This document shows positions 36,852 to 46,937 of a stretch of 64,000 nucleotides of DNA, in pieces. A program made the position numbers and the translations under genes. Within the stretch, counting starts at the first letter, position 1; each line of letters begins with the position of its first letter. The stretch covers positions 1 through 64,000 of IMG/VR virus record IMGVR_UViG_3300028045_000001; one strand, written 5' to 3'. The notes beneath the pieces are model-generated. The model saw nothing but the letters and a program-made list of their open reading frames with translations. It did not search any database and was not told the DNA's origin. The stretch comes from a virus.

Positions 36852-37898
36852 ATGGATCAACTACAATGTGACTTTGACAATGCTGTTAGGGAATTCGATA
36901 CAGTATCGTATGGGCTAGGTATATTGGTAGATCTTTCACAGACTATGAATGAAAAGGATCTATCAGTTGCATTATTAACTTTTGTAGAAAAACAAAACTT
37001 ATCTAGTATCCTACCGTCGGAAATAAGCTCTTGCTTTGATGAGGTGTCCGTTGAGAACACTTTTGTTGTGTGTAACACAATAACAGATAAGGTTGCAACT
37101 ACAATAAAAAAACTATGGGGATTTTTAATAAGTATCGCAGAGAAAATAAAGGAGTTGTTTTTTAAAATAATTGATAAATTAACTAAGCTTAAGAAGAATG
37201 TGGGAAAACGCATCAGGAGCTTATTGGGCGTATTGTCAAAGTATGAAGCTGCGGCACTTACTGAGATGTTCGCTAACTCCAAGGGGCAGATCATGGAAGC
37301 CCACAAAATAAAATCCTACACGGAGGCCATTAACGAGGGAATCGCGATAGACTCTTTGGAGTATGTAAATCTATCCGAGACTACGCCTAATTTAAACTTA
37401 CCAGAGCTCGTCATTATGCGGACGATAATGCAGAAAATAGAATGCAGTATAACCCACAACCTAGTTATCACAAATAGACGACCCGAGGCACAATTCGCCA
37501 TGGCATCTCTCAATGAACTAGGATATAATGAAGTAGTTATTAAGGATCTAAAGGAATACGTCGAGAACATCGATCTTGATAGCTTAAAAAAGACCCAGAC
37601 TAACGCAGCCGAAAAACTCAAGTCTGCCGTGAATTTTTTTGTGGATCAATCTGTATCCGCTACTGCAGATTTACTTAAGCAGCAAAAATTGGCGAAGGTC
37701 GGATCCCCAGAACACAAAGACCTTACAAGAAAAATTAATACTTTATCAATTAAAGAAAAACTTAAAGTCAGCAATGTTAAAAAATGGCAATCCATTTACA
37801 ATGGCTACTATCGACAATTGATAAACAAACAATTGTTGGTAATAAATACTGTCGATAAGTTGGTAACAATCGTTGATAACACATTAAAAAAATTATAA
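36852..37898 (+). CDS. paralog family B protein, copy 1
   Basis: Aligns with the ORF at 39986: DLSVALLTFVEKQNLSSIL / DASLLSFVSKIGFNEIL, and KKLWGFLISIAEKIKELF / DRVWKFIENLIERIKELW. Confidence 0.6.
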   Translation: MDQLQCDFDNAVREFDTVSYGLGILVDLSQTMNEKDLSVALLTFVEKQNLSSILPSEISSCFDEVSVENTFVVCNTITDKVATTIKKLWGFLISIAEKIKELFFKIIDKLTKLKKNVGKRIRSLLGVLSKYEAAALTEMFANSKGQIMEAHKIKSYTEAINEGIAIDSLEYVNLSETTPNLNLPELVIMRTIMQKIECSITHNLVITNRRPEAQFAMASLNELGYNEVVIKDLKEYVENIDLDSLKKTQTNAAEKLKSAVNFFVDQSVSATADLLKQQKLAKVGSPEHKDLTRKINTLSIKEKLKVSNVKKWQSIYNGYYRQLINKQLLVINTVDKLVTIVDNTLKKL

Positions 37899-37915
37899 TG
37901 GAGGATACTTAAGTT

Positions 37916-38800
37916 ATGTTAGGTAACGACCTATTACGACGACCACCTCCACCAGTATTTTCTGCAGATACACCCTTAACGATGGGCGATATTGTTGATT
38001 TTCTTAGGGAGATCAGTAGCACTATCCCAAGTAAATCTGCCAGGATGCTGTATTTTGCGCTACACAACAATATAAATTTTGACACACATGCACTCAATGT
38101 GTATAACAATACTCGCACTGTTGCAGTCACTGCATATATACACAGGTGCATCGTGGAGACATGCTTCAATGTATGGAGGCTTTACCGCGAGCTGTTTAAT
38201 AGAACAACAAACATGTATCCATTAATCTCTTCTAATGCCGATGCTCTGTTTGAACGAATTGCAAATCAACAAACCGCCAGACACACGTACGATCACATCA
38301 AGACCATCTCCATCCAAATAAAATATGATATACTCTTAGACTCCGATAGAGTTATGTCCTTATCTGATGAGGCGAATGCGGTCATCGATAGGATCACCAG
38401 TCCAAAAGCGATGGATAGTATAACTCGACAGTTTACTGAGGCCTATGCAGATGAAGACCACTATGTGATCATGCTCAAAGAAAAAAACTTAATTGACGAT
38501 CTATTGGACATTACAGAATTGATCGGGTTACTATGTAGGTGGGAAACAACAGGCCCACTTGGAAAATACCCTGGCATGTATGACAGCCCTATCACTGCCG
38601 ATAGAATGGTTAAAAGTAGATTATCTAATGATACTATGTTAATGGTAGTATCACAGAGCATACCACTGCCAAATTGGCTACGTCGAGAGCAACATCACAT
38701 TGGATACAATGCATCATCTAATGACTTTATAACGCTATATAAGTTTATGATGGAAAAACTTGAAATGGCCGAAGCCCATATGGAAGATGAAAAAATTTAA
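37916..38800 (+). CDS. hypothetical protein (294 aa)
   Basis: GGAGGA RBS. Sits between the two A-B pairs. Confidence 0.6.
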   Translation: MLGNDLLRRPPPPVFSADTPLTMGDIVDFLREISSTIPSKSARMLYFALHNNINFDTHALNVYNNTRTVAVTAYIHRCIVETCFNVWRLYRELFNRTTNMYPLISSNADALFERIANQQTARHTYDHIKTISIQIKYDILLDSDRVMSLSDEANAVIDRITSPKAMDSITRQFTEAYADEDHYVIMLKEKNLIDDLLDITELIGLLCRWETTGPLGKYPGMYDSPITADRMVKSRLSNDTMLMVVSQSIPLPNWLRREQHHIGYNASSNDFITLYKFMMEKLEMAEAHMEDEKI

Positions 38801-38821
38801 ATTACGAATTAAGGAGCTACG

Positions 38822-39868
38822 ATGAAACAATTATTTGATGGTATTGTAAAGGATACCTGCGATAACAAAAGTGAGACGCAATTAGTAGAAGAATTACTTG
38901 AAGCAACTCTGCACTTTAATACTTCTTTTTATGAAATCTGCACTGATCTCAGGGAAGCCACAGAGATGATGGAAGTATTAGGTGAACTGAGCTCGTTTCA
39001 AGAAACGATTGTTTCTTGTGGACTTGACAAGGGTCTTGCTTCCATGGCTAAAAAAAATAACTTCGATATGCTGTTTGAGAATTCTTCTGTCTCTCTACAA
39101 GGATTCATCGATGGGGTTTATGAAACGCAAGAAGTTACCGATGTGATGTTGAATGGCATAAAAGATACAGGTAAGAACGCCATCGAGAAAATAAAAAAGA
39201 TGTTTGCAGCGCTAAGCGCTAAGGTACGGAAATTAATAAGTTGGTTGACCGATACCTGGGCAACCCGTGCTAAAAAAGCCCTTGAAAAAATAAATGGCTA
39301 TAAGGAACTCACAAAAGAAGACTGGGACGTTCTTTACAGTAAAAACAAACGAACCAAGATTCACTGGGATGCTAAAGGACTGCTCGATATCATTGGGACG
39401 CTTTCTAAAGGGAAAGAGGCATTTGCTGAATTGGATCAGGATAAGATAGTTCCTTTTATGGAGAGTATAGGCTGGGCCCTTGATCCTGGAGTCTACTCTA
39501 TCCAGCGAGACAAAGATTACCAGAAGCGCTCAAAAGGCAAGTTGACTTTTAAGGAAGCAGGATTTAACGAACAAACAACCGCCTCTGTCTATGACGCAGC
39601 TATGGGCTTGATGACAATGGCTATCTCCATCGAACAACATTTTGAACGGCTGGAAGAAATTATAAAAGAGAAGATCGATGAGGCTAGTTATAGTAGCGAG
39701 GAGGAAGAGACACTGGACGTTAAAAAATTTGTACTTAGTTTCACAACGATCGGATATAAATACAACTGCTACATGAAGTATGTCCGGGACCTGAGTGAAG
39801 TTGGAAACTCGGCTATCTCAGTCCTCAGAGTGGTAAACTCATTCAAGGGAAAAGGCACTAAAAAATAA
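38822..39868 (+). CDS. paralog family A protein, copy 4
   Basis: AAGGAG RBS. Reads GLDKGLASMA...VSLQGFIDGVYETQEVTDVMLNGIKD. Confidence 0.65.
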   Translation: MKQLFDGIVKDTCDNKSETQLVEELLEATLHFNTSFYEICTDLREATEMMEVLGELSSFQETIVSCGLDKGLASMAKKNNFDMLFENSSVSLQGFIDGVYETQEVTDVMLNGIKDTGKNAIEKIKKMFAALSAKVRKLISWLTDTWATRAKKALEKINGYKELTKEDWDVLYSKNKRTKIHWDAKGLLDIIGTLSKGKEAFAELDQDKIVPFMESIGWALDPGVYSIQRDKDYQKRSKGKLTFKEAGFNEQTTASVYDAAMGLMTMAISIEQHFERLEEIIKEKIDEASYSSEEEETLDVKKFVLSFTTIGYKYNCYMKYVRDLSEVGNSAISVLRVVNSFKGKGTKK

Positions 39869-39893
39869 TGTGACCTTTGAAATAGTAAATTTT

Positions 39894-39924
39894 AAATAGT
39901 CGGTACTTAGAGTACCGACTATTT
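39894..39924 (+). terminator. intrinsic terminator
   Basis: 14-bp stem AAATAGTCGGTACT/AGTACCGACTATTT. Confidence 0.7.
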
Positions 39925-39944
39925 ATATAATAAAAAACATTTGA

Positions 39945-39957
39945 TCATTATATAAAT
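39945..39957 (+). promoter_or_regulatory. second promoter-like motif TCATTATATAAAT
   Basis: Lies exactly 41 nt upstream of the ATG at 39986. Confidence 0.35.
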
Positions 39958-39985
39958 TTACTAAAGTAATATAGGAGATGTATAA

Positions 39986-41023
39986 ATGGACGAAACTATG
40001 GATATGCAAATTAACAATCTGACTAAGCTATATACGGACCTCGATGATCTGGAAACTGCTCTATGTCTTGTTATTGATTTTAACGACACCATAAATGAAG
40101 TACAGGTTGACGCATCACTACTCTCATTCGTATCTAAGATAGGATTCAATGAGATACTCAAAGAAGAGATGGCTGATTGTCATCGTGAGAATTTCAGTGA
40201 CGCATCTGTTGCGAACTTAAAACTTGGCAGCGTAGGCAAGATCGGCGAGATAATCGATCGCGTTTGGAAATTCATAGAGAACTTAATTGAACGCATCAAA
40301 GAGCTTTGGGGCAAACTCACCGATCGTAATGGGACGGTCTTAAAAGAGGTTCGCGACATCAACGATCGGATAACGCTAATCTATAAAAAAATACAAGATA
40401 TGGATAAAAAGCTTCCAAGTTCTGATGAAGTGAACAATGAGCTCTCTTTTGTTAAAAAGGGAGTCTATGACCAATTGACCCTGCGTGCGAATATTAATTA
40501 TTTAATGGAGGGGTTAACTACGGCTAACTATCTAAATGCCCTGGATGTTAAAGATGCCCCGAACGAAGTGGTCGAACCATTTAAAACCATGAGGGGAGTT
40601 TTGGATCATCTCGGTATGAATATTGGAAAGGACCTCATTGTAAAAATACTAACTACTAACTCCAAAAGTAAAGGGGATTTAAAAACAAAGGGCTTTACTA
40701 TTGAAAAAGTCCTCAGAATATTGGAGGAGGGTCCTAAATTAAATACTGTCTGCAACAACGGCAAAGATGCTATAAAAGAAATAAAAGGGATCTTAAAGAA
40801 AGAAGAGCAGACAGCTAAGAAAAATCCAGCACTCTCTAAAAATAGAACTGAGAATGCAAAACAATGGGTTAGTGCGTATGTCAAATACTTTTCTCTGTTA
40901 GGAAAAGAGTGTTCCATCTGCGTTGATATGATGCTCGATATTGCGAAGGGAGCGGAGACTGCTTTGAAGCAAGCCACCGCTAAAAAAGAAAAAGAAAGGG
41001 CACACGAAAAGGGCCGTAAATAA
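39986..41023 (+). CDS. paralog family B protein, copy 2
   Basis: AGGAG RBS. See the entry for 36852. Confidence 0.6.
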   Translation: MDETMDMQINNLTKLYTDLDDLETALCLVIDFNDTINEVQVDASLLSFVSKIGFNEILKEEMADCHRENFSDASVANLKLGSVGKIGEIIDRVWKFIENLIERIKELWGKLTDRNGTVLKEVRDINDRITLIYKKIQDMDKKLPSSDEVNNELSFVKKGVYDQLTLRANINYLMEGLTTANYLNALDVKDAPNEVVEPFKTMRGVLDHLGMNIGKDLIVKILTTNSKSKGDLKTKGFTIEKVLRILEEGPKLNTVCNNGKDAIKEIKGILKKEEQTAKKNPALSKNRTENAKQWVSAYVKYFSLLGKECSICVDMMLDIAKGAETALKQATAKKEKERAHEKGRK

Positions 41024-41040
41024 CAACATGCGCAACTATG

Positions 41041-41078
41041 ACATGACCGGATGGTGAGTACTCACCATCCGGTCATGT
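41041..41078 (+). terminator. hairpin terminator
   Basis: About 17-bp stem ACATGACCGGATGGTGAG/CTCACCATCCGGTCATGT. Confidence 0.65.
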
Positions 41079-41092
41079 ATAAGGAGTTAGAT

Positions 41093-42577
41093 ATGAAAGT
41101 TGATTTACATGGATTGGGGTATTATCCACTATCCCCTGGATCACAGGCATTGACCGATATATTCCAAGAGGGTATCGAATACGTTAAAAAATATCGGGGC
41201 ATGTCACCTGTGAAGAAAAAGGTGGCTGTCGCCAGGTATATAAGAAGGGGATTATTTCCTAAATTTAAAGCTGCTGTCTTAAAGTACTATGGGCTAAAAG
41301 TTAGACGCGTATATGTCCAAACCGACCCTGGCTTTGATGACCCAGTATACTTTGCAATGACGCCAACAGTCAAAACTACGAATACGGCCTGGGACATAAC
41401 CTCCGTGATCACTGGTTGGGGGTACGATGTCGATCCAGAAACTGCAGAAGAGTTCATACGATTAGCAGAAAGCATCAATCAGGATTCCCATAAGGTGAAC
41501 TATGAGCTAAAGGACGACAGCGTGCCATTGTATCTTGACATATGCATACCCAATGGGGCGTTCCTACTTCAAGAGCTCACTGCCAATAGTGTGGCCAATT
41601 TTACTGCTAAAGAGCTGACTGCAATCTACCTGCACGAAATAGCACATCAATTGATTTTAATTGAGCGATGCACCCATACAATTGCGCAATCTATGCTATT
41701 AGAAGAAAAAATGAATCACTTCAATCGCAATGCTGATTTGAAGGAGCGCATAAAATTAGCAAAGTACTTCTTAGCCAATGAGGACACCGCGACAATAGAT
41801 GATGTTGAGGCACTCCACGAAAGCACCATGTCACTGGTAGGCCTCGCTAAGGAAGTAAGCAATGTTGTGGATACATTTGTAGAGGTAGTTATCGTGTTAA
41901 TACTCAGATACTTTCCGATTATACTCGCGTTCAAGACATTAATGCGTTTTCTGATGGCTGTCTCTACGGTACAAATAAAAACCGAAGGTGGGAAACTAAG
42001 TGATAAGGCTCCGACCTACTTTGAAAATATGTCTGAGGAAATCAATGCCGATGAGTTTATATCTAAGAATGGAATGGGGTCCCATCAAATAAGTGCATTA
42101 TCCAAGTTGGAAGTAGCCTTCAAACTTGGGCTTGGCAGTCAGAGTGCTACAAACCCAGTGTCAAAATTACTTATGAGTATACCATACTATCTGTTGGCGG
42201 TAAGCGGGAGATTATCGGCTACTGGTTGGTTGGCTTCTCACGAGGAAGACTTTAATAGAATTATTCGACTAACCAGAAATTCATTTGCTGCGCTTAAGGA
42301 TGAGGGATTGCCTCATGGGTTAGTGAAGTATTCAATGGAAGAATGCGAACGAGCCATCCAAGAACAATATAAGTACGTAAAGAAACATTCGATTGCATAT
42401 AAGCTTAAGCTCATACATAACTTCATTAGGAAATATATGAGCCCCTTCAATCTTGTGACTATGATCGCCAACGGAAACTATATAAAGCAGTATAGTGAGT
42501 TGGAATCAAAGATAGAGGATTTGAACACCTCTAAGTTGTGGTACCAATCCACTAAGATCAAATCTTTTATAAAGTGA
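41093..42577 (+). CDS. putative HExxH zinc metallopeptidase with hydrophobic segments
   Basis: AAGGAG RBS before the ATG at 41093 (the tracked start at 41051 lies inside the hairpin). Has YLHEIAHQL (HExxH) plus two hydrophobic stretches, resembling M48/M56-like peptidases. Confidence 0.4.
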   Translation: MKVDLHGLGYYPLSPGSQALTDIFQEGIEYVKKYRGMSPVKKKVAVARYIRRGLFPKFKAAVLKYYGLKVRRVYVQTDPGFDDPVYFAMTPTVKTTNTAWDITSVITGWGYDVDPETAEEFIRLAESINQDSHKVNYELKDDSVPLYLDICIPNGAFLLQELTANSVANFTAKELTAIYLHEIAHQLILIERCTHTIAQSMLLEEKMNHFNRNADLKERIKLAKYFLANEDTATIDDVEALHESTMSLVGLAKEVSNVVDTFVEVVIVLILRYFPIILAFKTLMRFLMAVSTVQIKTEGGKLSDKAPTYFENMSEEINADEFISKNGMGSHQISALSKLEVAFKLGLGSQSATNPVSKLLMSIPYYLLAVSGRLSATGWLASHEEDFNRIIRLTRNSFAALKDEGLPHGLVKYSMEECERAIQEQYKYVKKHSIAYKLKLIHNFIRKYMSPFNLVTMIANGNYIKQYSELESKIEDLNTSKLWYQSTKIKSFIK

Positions 42578-42722
42578 TGGAGAGTGGTAGTTTGGAATAT
42601 AGAGAGCGGTGGGGTATAAATCAGAATGTCGATTTAATGCGTAGTTGTTCTAACTATTACACTACCCTTAGCTTGTTATTTGGTATAATCTTGGATCAGG
42701 TGCGTCATCAATCAACCCCGGC

Positions 42723-42753
42723 CTATAACGCTTCCATTTAGGAAGCGTTATAG
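42723..42753. terminator. bidirectional terminator between convergent genes
   Basis: 13-bp stem CTATAACGCTTCC/GGAAGCGTTATAG with a 5-nt loop. Confidence 0.7.
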
Positions 42754-42783
42754 ACTTTGATCGTTATGAGCAAACAGTTATAA

Positions 42784-43185
42784 TCACGGAGTATACTCGG
42801 AGGCCTGATATCCGGCAGCATCCAATATATTTAATATCTCTGCCTTAACCGATGGAGAGCTGACTGACCTAACGACTATGTGAAAATCCACCGACTCGTC
42901 TAAGACTGCGAATGTAGCCGCAGATACCCAATCCTTTGCAACTGCCATGAGTGTATTGTCCGGGAATCGGAGTATGAAATACTCATGATTTTTTGGATCC
43001 GGATTGATTGAGTTACCTTTCAATATCTGCAAATGATAATTGTCCACATCGTTATGGCACACGGAAGTGATGTCGTAATCTCCAAGTGCCACTATGGTCC
43101 CGACGTATGACTGCGTGTCAAATTGATTTGTCGTTGTAAAAGTGACTCTGCTTTTAATTGTGAGTTCGATACCATTTATAATCAT
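42784..43185 (-). CDS. hypothetical protein (133 aa) immediately downstream of the chaperonin
   Basis: AAGGAG RBS. YVGTIVALGDYD is faintly reminiscent of the GroES G.V.AVG.G strand. Speculative. Confidence 0.5.
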   Translation of the reverse strand: MIINGIELTIKSRVTFTTTNQFDTQSYVGTIVALGDYDITSVCHNDVDNYHLQILKGNSINPDPKNHEYFILRFPDNTLMAVAKDWVSAATFAVLDESVDFHIVVRSVSSPSVKAEILNILDAAGYQASEYTP

Positions 43186-43195
43186 GTGGTCTCCT

Positions 43196-45010
43196 TTAAG
43201 AGTCTAACGGTTCCTTTACCTTTAATCCACCAGTGACCACAATAGAACTTGTCTTAGCTAACTTCAAGCATATCTCCCTAAACCGTCTAAGGAGAGTTGT
43301 ATGAACTGCGGCGGGTTGGATGATCCAAGGTAACACATCGCCATCCTCTCCATACATGGGACTGTCGCCGATAATAGAAGTTATCCCAGTAAGGATATCT
43401 GTGGACATCTTTGGATAAAACGAACTCCCCACGCTATCTATATTGAGGTTGTCTTCGATGATGCGTATCCCTGCACGATATGCCGTACAAAAAGCATTGG
43501 ATACCTCCAGGTCTTCTGTCGGAGTGCCAGCCATCATATCGCCTTGTGGCGCAAGTGCCCGATGCAGTGAACTATATGCGCCTACCGTAAATCCATCTAC
43601 CAATGTTTTACGAGTGGCTCCGATAACATCTATCAATGTGTCAAGCATAGATATATTTTCAAAGCTTGTGCCACCCACCATGATAGATACATTCCGTGGG
43701 TAAACTAATCGATTGTACACTTTTAACACATCGTTTAGCTTTGTAATCTTATCCGGAGTTGTATCATCCTGTAGTCGCTCGATGACTCGTTCCAATTGAA
43801 CGATAGTGGCCATAAATTCTATTTTTGTTTCATCGCCATAATTTGGATGTGCCCCGCTCTCGGTTCTTGTGAAGATATTGTCAATTGAGACCTTGCCATC
43901 GTAGTACTTATAATGAACGCCCGGCATAGTTTCAATTTCTGACATTGGGGCCGTTGGAGTTTCGACGAGATTTCTAAGTACTAAGAGTTCATTAACCTCT
44001 TCTGGATGATGCGGTGGTGACTTGATGCACACTGCAATCCTGTCAAATAAATCCAATTGTGATACAGTCTCTACAACAGAGGCTCGAAACCCGCCACTCA
44101 TGCCTCCTACAATCACAACTAACTTTTCCTCGGGAGTTTCATTTACTCTTTTTACAGCTTCGAATATCTTTGCGGCACTTGTATCATTATCTGATATTTC
44201 TGTGTGATGGACCATGAGGGTACATACCTCATGTTCGAGTGCGGTCTGTAGTTCTCTATTATGCATGCGAGCGTCTATAACAACTGCATCCATAGTTTCA
44301 AACTGAGATTCTGATTGTACAACGTACCATGGTTCTGGCTTCTCTATGCGATGGCGATCGATGATTATTGTTTTAAAATTATTCTGTTGATTATTGACAA
44401 ATACCTCAGCAACGGCTTCTGAAAGGTCTCTGTCACCATGAGAACTTGTATACGCCTGGGAATAAGCTATGTGCCGTATAGCGTCGTCCCTATCGCATCC
44501 ATATTCCTCCACAATATCATCGATGGTCCATGTCTCATTTAGCTCTATATGGTCCTCAACAAGCTCAACGAATTTATTGTATCTTTGAACCAGTACCGAG
44601 TAGGGTGTATTTTGGATCGTATCCGATTCCATCATAACGACGATCGCTTTCAATGCTATTATCATTGATGATGTTGTACCATCGTAGGATAAGCGATCTA
44701 TTTTTTTACCTATGTGTGCTATGAGTTTTCGTACTGCTTCAGATACTGGGTTTATGTAATTTATAGAGCGAACAATATTTATTCCGTCGCACGTAAACAC
44801 CGAATCAGATGTCCGATCAGATGGGTTCAGTAAAAGCCCATATGCTGCCTGTGGGCCACTGTGCAATAACAGTTCTTTTATGATATCTTCAAATATTGGA
44901 ATAACTGTTTTCGCATAATCGTCCTTTCGTATTACGTTGTTTTCCAACTCCCTTGCATTTAGTATGGTCCTAGCCCCTGGGCGATGTGATCCATCTGCGT
45001 TACTGCTCAT
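43196..45010 (-). CDS. GroEL-like (Cpn60-family) chaperonin
   Basis: Collinear matches to GroEL landmarks: HSGPQAAYGLLLNP...TCDGINIVRSI (LGPKGRNVVL...TKDGVSVAREI), SYDGTTSSMIIA (GDGTTTATVLA), VGGTSFENISMLDTLIDVIGATRKTLVDGFTVG ([34 protein letters not shown]), IIQPAAVHTTLLR (ILDPTKVTRSALQ). Confidence 0.8.
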   Translation of the reverse strand: MSSNADGSHRPGARTILNARELENNVIRKDDYAKTVIPIFEDIIKELLLHSGPQAAYGLLLNPSDRTSDSVFTCDGINIVRSINYINPVSEAVRKLIAHIGKKIDRLSYDGTTSSMIIALKAIVVMMESDTIQNTPYSVLVQRYNKFVELVEDHIELNETWTIDDIVEEYGCDRDDAIRHIAYSQAYTSSHGDRDLSEAVAEVFVNNQQNNFKTIIIDRHRIEKPEPWYVVQSESQFETMDAVVIDARMHNRELQTALEHEVCTLMVHHTEISDNDTSAAKIFEAVKRVNETPEEKLVVIVGGMSGGFRASVVETVSQLDLFDRIAVCIKSPPHHPEEVNELLVLRNLVETPTAPMSEIETMPGVHYKYYDGKVSIDNIFTRTESGAHPNYGDETKIEFMATIVQLERVIERLQDDTTPDKITKLNDVLKVYNRLVYPRNVSIMVGGTSFENISMLDTLIDVIGATRKTLVDGFTVGAYSSLHRALAPQGDMMAGTPTEDLEVSNAFCTAYRAGIRIIEDNLNIDSVGSSFYPKMSTDILTGITSIIGDSPMYGEDGDVLPWIIQPAAVHTTLLRRFREICLKLAKTSSIVVTGGLKVKEPLDS

Positions 45011-45348
45011 TATGTTTCCCCTTTCCTTTCTTTTTTAAGGGCATCGATCTGGCTCTGCCTATCCCTTATTCTAAATTTAATCGTACGATATGTGTCGAGA
45101 TCGAGCCCCATCAGCTCCTTATATCCCATACCAAATTGCTCTATTGCCATACCGTTGCTTAATAAAAAATCCAGGACATCATCCTGGATAGATTTACTTA
45201 TTCCAAATAAAGTGTTCACTTGTTTTTTAGGCGTGTGCATTGCAGAATTGAATCTCGTTATATCTGGAGTAGGCTCAATAGCCGCATCGCTCATGACACG
45301 TACAGTATAGTATTTTTCAATGGATGATAAATTCTGCATTCTGTCCAC
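45010..45348 (-). CDS. hypothetical protein (112 aa)
   Basis: Its stop overlaps the chaperonin start by 1 nt, suggesting translational coupling. Confidence 0.55.
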   Translation of the reverse strand: MDRMQNLSSIEKYYTVRVMSDAAIEPTPDITRFNSAMHTPKKQVNTLFGISKSIQDDVLDFLLSNGMAIEQFGMGYKELMGLDLDTYRTIKFRIRDRQSQIDALKKERKGET

Positions 45349-45377
45349 CAGAACATTGTATTTTTCAATGTATCCAT

Positions 45378-46925
45378 TTACAATGTCTGCAACTGCATTA
45401 AGATTAAGATCTGGCGGACACCTATAAAAAAAAGTGTTTGTACGTCTCCTATTTGAAGATAGCTTTTATCCATGCTAAATTCTTTACAGATTGGGCATGG
45501 CTTAGGTCGATGCCCTATAAATGTAACTCGTCCAGTAGCGCTGTACTCAACTAATTTATCGTACATGTTCTGCGATTCTACTAACGTTACTCCAAGGGTA
45601 TCTCCAATGGCCTCATAGTCTTCTATTGTATTTACAACTGCCCCATCCTCATCGACGGTCCTTACATTTTTTATCCAAGGTCGGACCATCTTCGAGGTGT
45701 TGACTCTAACGAGTTCCTCTACCTTATATCGTGTGTTCGACTTTAATTTAGATACAATGTGCTTGACTATCTCTAATCCATAAACTATTCTATCGCTCAT
45801 TGTTGGTGGGGAAAAGGTCACTTGTAGACCTTCTTGTAGATCATACACTTTTTCTTTAAATATACGATCACGATATACTTTCAATTGCTCGGGTGTTCTT
45901 TCGGCCGACATGATATCTACTACATCGGATGCGTCTAACAAGTCGAGATTATCCAACCTCAACTTTGATATATCTAATAGAAATTTTTCTTCATGGGTAC
46001 AGTTTGAACCAACGCAGAGTTGTGTTATGTTAACTCCCTTTGGAAACATTAACGATACCGCTCCCCATAACAACGTGTCATAATCGCAATTGTGGATGTT
46101 AGATAAAAATGTATTGTAGTTCTCGTAACCAACTAAATTGCTATCGGCTATGGAGTTGTGCAATGCCTTCATTATAACACTCTCTACAACAACGCTGCCC
46201 ATTAAGAGAGAGTGTGCAGAATACATACGACCATATTCTTTCAGTTCCTCGTCTATGGCGGTGTAGGCATTGTGTAGATCTTCAAGGACCAGTGGCTTCT
46301 GCTGAACATAAAACCCACTGTTCAGTAGCATATTTTTTTTTACACCAGTAGTCTTACTAAGTATTGCTAACTTTGCCGCGTCGCCTTTCAGTGTGCCCGA
46401 ACCAGTTTTAAACTCGGTATGACTAGTTGCTACAAGTGGACCTTCTGTTGTTTGCTTGTAATTGTCGTTGGAGGCAAGTGCCTTTTGAAACATTAAGTTA
46501 TATAGCTCAGATCGCTGTGTCTGAGTATGTTGATAGTTCAAAAACTTATGAAGATAGCTGTCGGGGTCCTGTGTGAGTTCAGCCACTTCTTCGTCAGTGT
46601 ACTTCTCATACCGCTTATCTACACTGCGTCTTACAGAATTAAGATCCCCAACGAGTAAAGTCATTGTATCAGATAGATCGGATGCAGTTTTCTGCATCCC
46701 TTTAACTATTGATGAGAATGCATCAAAATCGTTTTTTAGTGTTCCATCACCTTTATCATTAGTGGCTGGCTGGTCCACAGGACCGGCTGTTCCCTGTACT
46801 ATTTCCGGAGCCTCATCCTTTGCAATCTCTTCAGACTCGCCCTCTTGTTCGATGGATCCCATCGACTCCAACACTTTGTCCAAGCTATTAGAGAACCCTT
46901 GTTTTACATTGTTGTCATCTTCCAT
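45378..46925 (-). CDS. hypothetical protein (515 aa)
   Basis: AGAGGA RBS. Acidic disordered N-terminus, and a CPICKEF motif near the C-terminus. Confidence 0.6.
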   Translation of the reverse strand: MEDDNNVKQGFSNSLDKVLESMGSIEQEGESEEIAKDEAPEIVQGTAGPVDQPATNDKGDGTLKNDFDAFSSIVKGMQKTASDLSDTMTLLVGDLNSVRRSVDKRYEKYTDEEVAELTQDPDSYLHKFLNYQHTQTQRSELYNLMFQKALASNDNYKQTTEGPLVATSHTEFKTGSGTLKGDAAKLAILSKTTGVKKNMLLNSGFYVQQKPLVLEDLHNAYTAIDEELKEYGRMYSAHSLLMGSVVVESVIMKALHNSIADSNLVGYENYNTFLSNIHNCDYDTLLWGAVSLMFPKGVNITQLCVGSNCTHEEKFLLDISKLRLDNLDLLDASDVVDIMSAERTPEQLKVYRDRIFKEKVYDLQEGLQVTFSPPTMSDRIVYGLEIVKHIVSKLKSNTRYKVEELVRVNTSKMVRPWIKNVRTVDEDGAVVNTIEDYEAIGDTLGVTLVESQNMYDKLVEYSATGRVTFIGHRPKPCPICKEFSMDKSYLQIGDVQTLFFIGVRQILILMQLQTL

Positions 46926-46937
46926 ATCATCCTCTTT

